A DNA stretch of 64,000 nucleotides from an uncultured Planctomycetia bacterium. Its GTDB lineage: Bacteria > Omnitrophota > Gorgyraeia > Pluralincolimonadales > Pluralincolimonadaceae. Positions 57,855 to 64,000 of this stretch are shown piece after piece. Every line of letters starts with the position of its first letter. The first letter of the stretch is position 1. The DNA is taken from NCBI GenBank assembly GCA_964650515.1, contig CAZYUB010000001.1, positions 132,640-196,639 on the forward strand, written 5' to 3'. The translations under genes and the position numbers were made by a program. Below the pieces are notes generated by a model. It was not told the origin of the DNA. It worked only from the letters and a program-made list of their open reading frames with translations, and made no database searches.

Positions 57855-58865
57855 ATGAAGAAGAGACCAACGATCGTAGATGTAGCAAAAGGCGCCGGGG
57901 TAACGCATTCGACGGTTTCCAGGGTCATCAACAACAACCCTGCAATAAGCCAGGAGACCAAGACGAAGGTGCTCCAGGTCATAAGCGAGATGAGATACCA
58001 GCCGAACCTGATCGCCCGCAGCCTTGTAAGGAAGAAGACGCGCTCTTTCGCGATAATAGCGCCCGACCTCCACCCGCATGTCCTGCCCATATTGAAAGGC
58101 ATAACCGACACCTGCAGGAGGAACAATTACGCGCTTATGCTCTTCTCAACCGATTACTGGGCCGATGAAGGGCTATCGTGCAGCGACATAGTCAGGAACT
58201 GGCTCGTTGACGGCTTGATCGTCTATAACGTCGCGTACCATAAAGATATTCCGGATAACATAAAAGAATTGCAGAAAGAGGGCGTTCCGCTCGTCTTCAT
58301 CGATAAGTACCTCGGGACGAAGAAGGTGAACAATATCAGCCTCGATAACGACGACGCGATGCGGCAGGCGGTAGGCCACCTGGTCAACCTCGGCCATAAG
58401 AAGATAGGCATGATGAACGGCGGGCTTATGTCCGTTGACGGGATCGGCCGTTCCGAGGGTTATAAAAATGCCCTGAAGAAGTTCGGGCTCGAGTATGACG
58501 AAAATATCACGGGCAACGCGGACTTTTTCTTCCATGAAGCGTATGAAGAGATGAAGAGGATCCTCTGCTTCCCGTCAAAACCGGACGCGATGATCTGCGC
58601 CAACGACGAGATGGCGGCCGGTGTCATAAAAGCGGCGCAGGATAAGGGGATGAAGGTCCCGCAGGATATAGCGGTAATGGGCTTCGACGATTGGGAAGGG
58701 GCAAAGTTCCTGAAGCCGTCCCTGACGACCTTGAGGTTCCCTCTCGAGGACATCGGAGGCAAGGCGATAGATATGATGCTGAACCTCATAGAGGACCCCA
58801 AGAGGCCGGTGGAGGAAGTGGCCCTTCGCGCGAGGCTTATAGTACGTGAATCAACGGAGAAGTGA
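57855..58865 (+). CDS. LacI-family transcriptional regulator
   Basis: N-terminal HTH (PTIVDVAKGAGVTHSTVSRV) plus a periplasmic-binding-protein-like effector domain. The 57846 GTG is an alternative start. Confidence 0.85.
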   Translation: MKKRPTIVDVAKGAGVTHSTVSRVINNNPAISQETKTKVLQVISEMRYQPNLIARSLVRKKTRSFAIIAPDLHPHVLPILKGITDTCRRNNYALMLFSTDYWADEGLSCSDIVRNWLVDGLIVYNVAYHKDIPDNIKELQKEGVPLVFIDKYLGTKKVNNISLDNDDAMRQAVGHLVNLGHKKIGMMNGGLMSVDGIGRSEGYKNALKKFGLEYDENITGNADFFFHEAYEEMKRILCFPSKPDAMICANDEMAAGVIKAAQDKGMKVPQDIAVMGFDDWEGAKFLKPSLTTLRFPLEDIGGKAIDMMLNLIEDPKRPVEEVALRARLIVRESTEK

Positions 58866-58922
58866 TATTTTTTTGCCCATCAATGCACACGTGGGCATAA
58901 ACCAGAGAAAGGAGGGTGCAGT

Positions 58923-59567
58923 ATGAAGAACGTGTTTGCAGCGGTATTGGCAGTAGCGGTAGTGTTGGTCGTGGCACCGTCGGACGTTTTCGCTAACTTG
59001 TTGACCAACGGGGACTTTGAGTCCGGCACAATGGGTTACTACGGGGATGCGGCCACCGTTATCGACGGTTGGACGAGGTGGGGAAACAGCGGTTGGTATC
59101 ACAATGATTACAACCATACCTCAGCCGGCGCGAGAGGCATCAAGTCATGGTCCGATGATACAGGTACATACCAGGACTTTGCCGTCACATCGGGTACCCA
59201 GTATAATTTAAGCGGTTTCGCTTACGCCCCTTCAGCCGACGCTCCTGTCGGTTGGGACGGCGTCTTTAAGGTCGAATGGTTCAACACTGACACGAAACTT
59301 TCCGAGAACGAGATCGGCCGGTTTGTCGGCGGAACTGACGCGGTGAATACGTGGAAGTCGCTCTCAGGGACATTCGTTGCCCCGACTGACGCAAATAAGG
59401 CCCGCGTCGTTTTGAACCTTGCCGACGCTAACGGCGCGACGCCGAACGGCGGTTCTATCGGCTGGGATGATATGGACGCGCAGGCGGTCCCGGAACCCGC
59501 GAGCTTATTGCTTCTCGGATCGGGATTGGCAGGATTGATAGGCCTTAGGAAAAAGACAACCAGGTAA
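58923..59567 (+). CDS. PEP-CTERM sorting-domain protein with CBM4/9-like (carbohydrate-binding) domain
   Basis: Signal peptide. NLLTNGDFE CBM-like opening. C-terminal VPEPASLLLLGSGLAGLIGLRKK. Confidence 0.8.
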   Translation: MKNVFAAVLAVAVVLVVAPSDVFANLLTNGDFESGTMGYYGDAATVIDGWTRWGNSGWYHNDYNHTSAGARGIKSWSDDTGTYQDFAVTSGTQYNLSGFAYAPSADAPVGWDGVFKVEWFNTDTKLSENEIGRFVGGTDAVNTWKSLSGTFVAPTDANKARVVLNLADANGATPNGGSIGWDDMDAQAVPEPASLLLLGSGLAGLIGLRKKTTR

Positions 59568-59686
59568 TTTCGAAAGATCTTCCTTCTAACCCGAGGAAGA
59601 ACGGGGCAAGGGCCCCGAGAGCATACCCGGATAGTAAGCTCAAAGGCCTTTGCCCCGCACCCCCTATTTTAAAAAGAAAGGCACCG

Positions 59687-60250
59687 ATGAAAAGATATTA
59701 TCTTCTGTTGATAGCTATGGCGATGGGTATCACGGCCCCGGCAATTGCCGCGGAAAGCCCGATACCGAACGCGAGTTTTGAAGAGCCGTCCGGCGCCGCG
59801 GGCGGGGAGCCCGCCGGATGGTGGTCCTGGAACGGCGACTACAACGGTGTCACTACCGACGCCGCGAATACGGGCGCGCAGTCTATATATGTGAGCTCGG
59901 AGGCGAAGCCGGAGTGCGCGAGCGGCATATTGTACAACTTCAAGCCGGTGACGCCCGGCAAGACCTATTCGTTCTCGTGCTATGTCCGTAATTCGTCCAC
60001 AGACCCTATCACGGGCGGAGCGTACGGGCAGGTAAGTTTAGAATGGCGCAAGGGCGACAGGGAGATAGACGGCACCCGCACCTGGGGCGAGACATGGGGC
60101 CCGGACCTTCCGGATTCGGATTGGAAGCTCGTCAACGTGACAGCGCCGGCTCCCGAGGGCGCTGACTCATGCAACCTGGTCATACAGTTCTTCAATAAGG
60201 ACGGCAAGGGGACTTTTTACGCCGACGACGCCGCAATATCGGAAAAATAG
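59687..60250 (+). CDS. secreted CBM4/9-like domain protein (paralog of upstream gene, no PEP-CTERM tag)
   Basis: Signal peptide. NASFEEP opening. Confidence 0.6.
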   Translation: MKRYYLLLIAMAMGITAPAIAAESPIPNASFEEPSGAAGGEPAGWWSWNGDYNGVTTDAANTGAQSIYVSSEAKPECASGILYNFKPVTPGKTYSFSCYVRNSSTDPITGGAYGQVSLEWRKGDREIDGTRTWGETWGPDLPDSDWKLVNVTAPAPEGADSCNLVIQFFNKDGKGTFYADDAAISEK

Positions 60251-60312
60251 CCCCAAATGAGCGGCCGCATTACCTTTGACACTCCCGGGCAGGTGTGGTA
60301 AGATTTACAGCT

Positions 60313-62133
60313 ATGAAGCTCTACCTTCGGCTGCTTAAATTCGTAAAACCGCACCTGCCGACGCTCGTTTTCGCAAACCTATGCATGATAATAAACAGCG
60401 TCGTCTTCGGTGTTGTCTCGACAACGGCCATAATGCCCGTAGTGAACAACATACTGCGTGGCGAGCCGATGTCTATCCCGGAGGGTATGCCCCAGTTCGC
60501 GAAAGAGTTAATAGCCGCGATAAATTCCGTCCCGAGACTTCCGTTGCTGGGCTGGCTAATAACCGGCATAATATCGGCATTCTTCCTTAGGGGCCTGTTC
60601 ATGTTCCTTCAGTCGTATTTAATGACGGACGTGAGCACGAAAGTACTAACCGACCTCAGGAGGGTGGTTTACGATAAATTGCTGGAATTCTCCCTGGACT
60701 TTTATAATAAATCCCACACCGGCGCGCTTGTCTCACGCATTACCTACGATACGAGCATAATCCAAAACTCAATAACTGAGGGCGTGACAAACCTTATATA
60801 CCAGAGCTCCCAGGTAATTGTTTATATTGCCATGATTTTCCTATTAAGGTCGTGGTTTGGCATCGACTGGATGTTGCTTATAATCATTTTTATAGTCCTG
60901 CCGCTTATATTGTTTCCGATAGTCCGTGTAGGCAAGAAGCTCAGAAAGATATCAAAGCAGACCCAGGAGCAGATGGGTTCGGTCACTACTACGCTCATAG
61001 AGACGATAAGCGGCATGCGCATAGTAAAAGCGTTCTCTATGGAGGAGGAAGAAAGGAAGAAATTCTCATCGCAAAACCAGGGTCTCTATAAAATGTTCAT
61101 GAAGTCCGCGAAGAGGGAGAAACTCCTCGATTGGGCGATAGAATTTATAGGTATCTCGGTAGTTTCCTTCGCTTTATGGCTCGGAGGAAAGCATATAATA
61201 GTCAGCAGCGGAGACCCGGGCGGTTTTATAGCTTTTATAGTAGCTGCCTTCCTGATCGCAAGGCCGTTAAGCCAACTCGGCAAGATCAATTCGATAAACC
61301 AGAAAGCTCTCGGTGCCGCAGAAAGGATATTCGATATACTTGACGCCAAGTCAACCATTTGCGAGAAACCAGGCGCAGCAAACCTGGGCCCTTTCAACGA
61401 CAGGATAGTATTTGATGACGTCGATTTCTCCTACGGCGAAGAGGCTGTACTTAAAAACGTCAGTTTAGAAGCGAAGAAAGGCGAGATAATCGCGATAGTC
61501 GGCCCGAGCGGGAGCGGAAAATCGACCATCGTTAACCTGATCCCGCGCTTCTACGACGCCGGCAAGGGCAACATAACTATTGACGGCACAGGGATTAAGG
61601 ATGCCGCGATCGCCTCACTGCGCGGGCAGATAGCGATAGTCACGCAGGAGACGATACTCTTCCACGATACTATAAAGTCGAACATCTCCTACGGCAGGCA
61701 GGGGGCCTCCGAGGAAGATATAACAAGGGCGGCTAAGATAGCCAACGCGCATGACTTCATATCGAACCTGCCGGAGGGGTATGATACGGTCGTGGGCGAG
61801 CGGGGCCACCGTTTGTCCGGCGGCGAACGCCAGAGGATAGCGATAGCCAGGGCCGTGCTCAAGGACGCGCCCATCCTGATACTCGATGAGGCGACCTCAC
61901 AGCTTGACATGGAGTCCGAGGCGGTAGTCCAGGACGCCATCGAGAAGCTTATGAAGGGCAAAACAGCCTTTGTGATAGCCCACCGCCTCTCGACGGTCAA
62001 GTTTGCCACGAAAATAATCGTTTTGGAGAAGGGAAAGATAATAGAGACGGGCACCCACGAAGAACTGCTCCGCAGGAACGGCCTCTACAAGCGCCTTTAC
62101 GACCTCCAATTCCTCGAAGAGGGGATTGCCTGA
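60313..62133 (+). CDS. ABC transporter permease/ATP-binding protein (MsbA-like exporter)
   Basis: 6-TM domain plus NBD with Walker A GPSGSGKST, signature LSGGERQR, Walker B ILILDEATS. Confidence 0.9.
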   Translation: MKLYLRLLKFVKPHLPTLVFANLCMIINSVVFGVVSTTAIMPVVNNILRGEPMSIPEGMPQFAKELIAAINSVPRLPLLGWLITGIISAFFLRGLFMFLQSYLMTDVSTKVLTDLRRVVYDKLLEFSLDFYNKSHTGALVSRITYDTSIIQNSITEGVTNLIYQSSQVIVYIAMIFLLRSWFGIDWMLLIIIFIVLPLILFPIVRVGKKLRKISKQTQEQMGSVTTTLIETISGMRIVKAFSMEEEERKKFSSQNQGLYKMFMKSAKREKLLDWAIEFIGISVVSFALWLGGKHIIVSSGDPGGFIAFIVAAFLIARPLSQLGKINSINQKALGAAERIFDILDAKSTICEKPGAANLGPFNDRIVFDDVDFSYGEEAVLKNVSLEAKKGEIIAIVGPSGSGKSTIVNLIPRFYDAGKGNITIDGTGIKDAAIASLRGQIAIVTQETILFHDTIKSNISYGRQGASEEDITRAAKIANAHDFISNLPEGYDTVVGERGHRLSGGERQRIAIARAVLKDAPILILDEATSQLDMESEAVVQDAIEKLMKGKTAFVIAHRLSTVKFATKIIVLEKGKIIETGTHEELLRRNGLYKRLYDLQFLEEGIA

Positions 62134-62146
62134 GGGCCAAATAACG

Positions 62147-62175
62147 CTTGAAATAGCCCCTTAATTGTGTTAATA
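62147..62175 (+). promoter_or_regulatory. putative promoter TTGAAA-17-TAATAT upstream of rpsB
   Basis: Hexamers read from sequence. AAGGAGG RBS at about 62207. Confidence 0.4.
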
Positions 62176-62224
62176 TTACCCAATTCCGTAGTCCAATAAC
62201 GAAAACTAAAAGGAGGAAGTACAA

Positions 62225-63079
62225 TTGGCAGCTACACAGACGATTAAGCAGTTGCTTGAAGCCGGCGTCCACTTCGGCCACCAGAAGAAGCGCTGGAACC
62301 CCAAGATGAAGAAATTTATCTTCGGAGAGAAGAACGGTATCTATATAATCGACCTCGAGAAGACGGAGAAGGCCCTCGAGAAGGCCCTCGGTTTCCTCAG
62401 GGAGACGGCCTCAAGGGGCGAAGCGGTCCTCTTCGTAGGCACGAAGAAGCAGGCGAAGGACGTGATAAAGGAAGAGGCCCAGCGTTGCGGCATGTTCTAC
62501 GTCGTTGAGCGCTGGCTCGGCGGCATGCTCACGAACTACGCCACGATAAAGAAATCGATAAAGAGGCACAAGGAGATCACGAAGATGCAGGAGGACGGCA
62601 CCTTCGAGAAACTCTCCAAGAAAGAGACCGCAAAACTCGGCAGGGAACTCGCGAAACTGAACCGCGACCTCGAGGGCGTGCTGGACATGGGCAAGCTCCC
62701 GGCCGCGTTATTCATAGTCGATTCGAAGAAGGAAGAGATCGCCGTTTCGGAGGCGAATAACCTCGGAATAGCGGTGGTCGGGCTTATAGACACGAACTGC
62801 GACCCGGAAAAGATATCCCATCCGATACCCGGCAACGACGATGCGATACGCTCGATAAAGCTCATATCGGGCCTCGTCTCTAACGCCGTATCAGAGGGGC
62901 GCAAGGCGTACCTCGACAATAAGGCGGCGGAAGAGGCAAGGCAGGCCGCCGAGGACGCGGATGAGAAGGTAGAAGTCGATGAAGATGCGGCCGAAGAGCT
63001 GAAGAAGAAGGTCCTTAAGGGAAAGAAGATCGAAGAGGCCGAACCGGCCGTAAAAAAGAAAAAGACAACAAAGGCATAA
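62225..63079 (+). CDS. rpsB: 30S ribosomal protein S2
   Basis: LLEAGVHFGHQ..RWNPKM. TTG start. Acidic/Lys-rich C-terminal extension. Confidence 0.9.
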   Translation: MAATQTIKQLLEAGVHFGHQKKRWNPKMKKFIFGEKNGIYIIDLEKTEKALEKALGFLRETASRGEAVLFVGTKKQAKDVIKEEAQRCGMFYVVERWLGGMLTNYATIKKSIKRHKEITKMQEDGTFEKLSKKETAKLGRELAKLNRDLEGVLDMGKLPAALFIVDSKKEEIAVSEANNLGIAVVGLIDTNCDPEKISHPIPGNDDAIRSIKLISGLVSNAVSEGRKAYLDNKAAEEARQAAEDADEKVEVDEDAAEELKKKVLKGKKIEEAEPAVKKKKTTKA

Positions 63080-63080
63080 A

Positions 63081-63599
63081 ATGACGACCACGATAAAAGC
63101 GGAAGACGTAATGAAACTGAGGGAATCCACCGGCGCCGGCGTGATGGCCTGCAAGGACGCGCTGACGAAGTCCGGCGGCGACACGAAGAAAGCCATAGCT
63201 ATATTGAAGGAGAAGGGGCTAAAGACTGCCGAGCTGAAGTCGTTGCGCAAGGCGAAGGCGGGCACGATCCACTCCTATATACACCACGACTCGAGGATAG
63301 GCGTGCTCGTCGAGGTAAATTGCGAGACGGATTTCGTCGCGAGGACGGATGACTTCCAGAAGCTCGTAAAGGACCTCGCGCTGCAGGTGGCGTCCACGAG
63401 CCCGAAATACATGAAGAAGGAAGACGCGCCGAAAGACCTCAGCGACGAAGAGATAAAACAGCTCTGCCTTTTCGAGCAGCCGTTCGTGAAGGACCCGTCG
63501 CTGTTGATGAAGGATTACGTTACGCAGGTGATCGCGAAGACCGGCGAGAACGTAGTCGTAAAGAGGTTCGTAAGGTTCCAGTTAGGCGAAGAGGCGTAA
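63081..63599 (+). CDS. tsf: translation elongation factor Ts (short form)
   Basis: LRE.TGAG.M.CK.AL UBA-like N-terminus and [10 protein letters not shown]. Confidence 0.9.
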   Translation: MTTTIKAEDVMKLRESTGAGVMACKDALTKSGGDTKKAIAILKEKGLKTAELKSLRKAKAGTIHSYIHHDSRIGVLVEVNCETDFVARTDDFQKLVKDLALQVASTSPKYMKKEDAPKDLSDEEIKQLCLFEQPFVKDPSLLMKDYVTQVIAKTGENVVVKRFVRFQLGEEA

Positions 63600-63603
63600 A
63601 ATA

Positions 63604-64000
63604 ATGGCAAAGCCGAGCAAACCGCTGTTCAAAAGGGTGCTCCTCAAGATAAGCGGCGAATCGTTAAGCGGCCCCCACGGCCACGGCATCGAGCCGAAGG
63701 CATGCTCCGAGATCGCGGAAAAGATCAAAGAGGTCCGTGATCTTGGCATAGAGATAGCCGTTGTCATCGGCGGCGGCAATATCATCCGCGGAGAGAAGTT
63801 CGCCTCGAAGGGGATGGACCGCTCTACCGCTGACTACATGGGCATGCTTGCGACCGTCATAAACGGGATGGCCCTGCAGGATTCGCTCGAGAAGCTCGGA
63901 TGTTTTACGAGGGTCATGACGGCCATACAGATGGAGCAGATCGCCGAGCCGTATATCAGGCGCAGGGCGATGCGCCATCTGGAGAAGGGAAGGGTCGTCA
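63604..64000 (+). CDS. pyrH: UMP kinase (partial, continues beyond window end)
   Basis: [10 protein letters not shown] and VIGGGNI motifs. No stop before the window end. Confidence 0.85.
   Translation, partial: MAKPSKPLFKRVLLKISGESLSGPHGHGIEPKACSEIAEKIKEVRDLGIEIAVVIGGGNIIRGEKFASKGMDRSTADYMGMLATVINGMALQDSLEKLGCFTRVMTAIQMEQIAEPYIRRRAMRHLEKGRVV

Overview
This 64 kb window is from a high-G+C, apparently diderm (Gram-negative) bacterium: it encodes LpxB, an MsbA-like ABC exporter, an autotransporter and PEP-CTERM proteins. Almost every gene is on the + strand; only lpxB and a Gfo/Idh/MocA oxidoreductase are on the - strand. The window is mostly housekeeping.

Operons:
- A long, tightly coupled operon with many ATGA/overlapping junctions: purB-purC-purSL(fusion)-purQ-purF-purM-purD-purE, then tsaC-LMW-PTP-rpiB-glyA-dCMP deaminase-nrdR-radical SAM (B. 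subtilis ywlC-ywlE-ywlF-glyA-like order).
- eno-ftsB-S1.
- trxB-DUF4019-trxA-purN-PGM.
- rpsB-tsf-pyrH.
- surE, pgeF (yfiH), gdhA.
- A lactate module: LarA lactate racemase plus an FAD/Fe-S D-lactate-dehydrogenase-like fusion.

RNA genes: tRNA-Val, tRNA-Asp, tRNA-Phe and tRNA-Thr, plus an initiator-like tRNA-Met(CAT) whose anticodon loop is interrupted by a ~218 nt group I intron carrying the canonical S element AAGATATAGTCC.

Accessory or odd content:
- A low-G+C gene for an HTH plus LAGLIDADG-like protein whose 3' end runs into tRNA-Val.
- An ArfB (GGQ) reading frame with no stop codon, continuing in frame into a signal-peptide/thioredoxin-like/multi-TM protein across an A7 run.
- A low-G+C two-gene island encoding an orphan 801-aa GspK-like pseudopilin with a zinc-ribbon insert and a LamG-like C-terminus.
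- Secreted ankyrin proteins.
- A standalone receiver / ankyrin / Cache trio.
- A SemiSWEET.
- A PEP-CTERM/CBM pair that shares a TGCACACGTG motif with the promoter of the adjacent LacI-family regulator.

No CRISPR arrays, rRNA genes or obvious IS elements were seen. Long antisense ORFs in the six-frame track are treated as high-GC artefacts.
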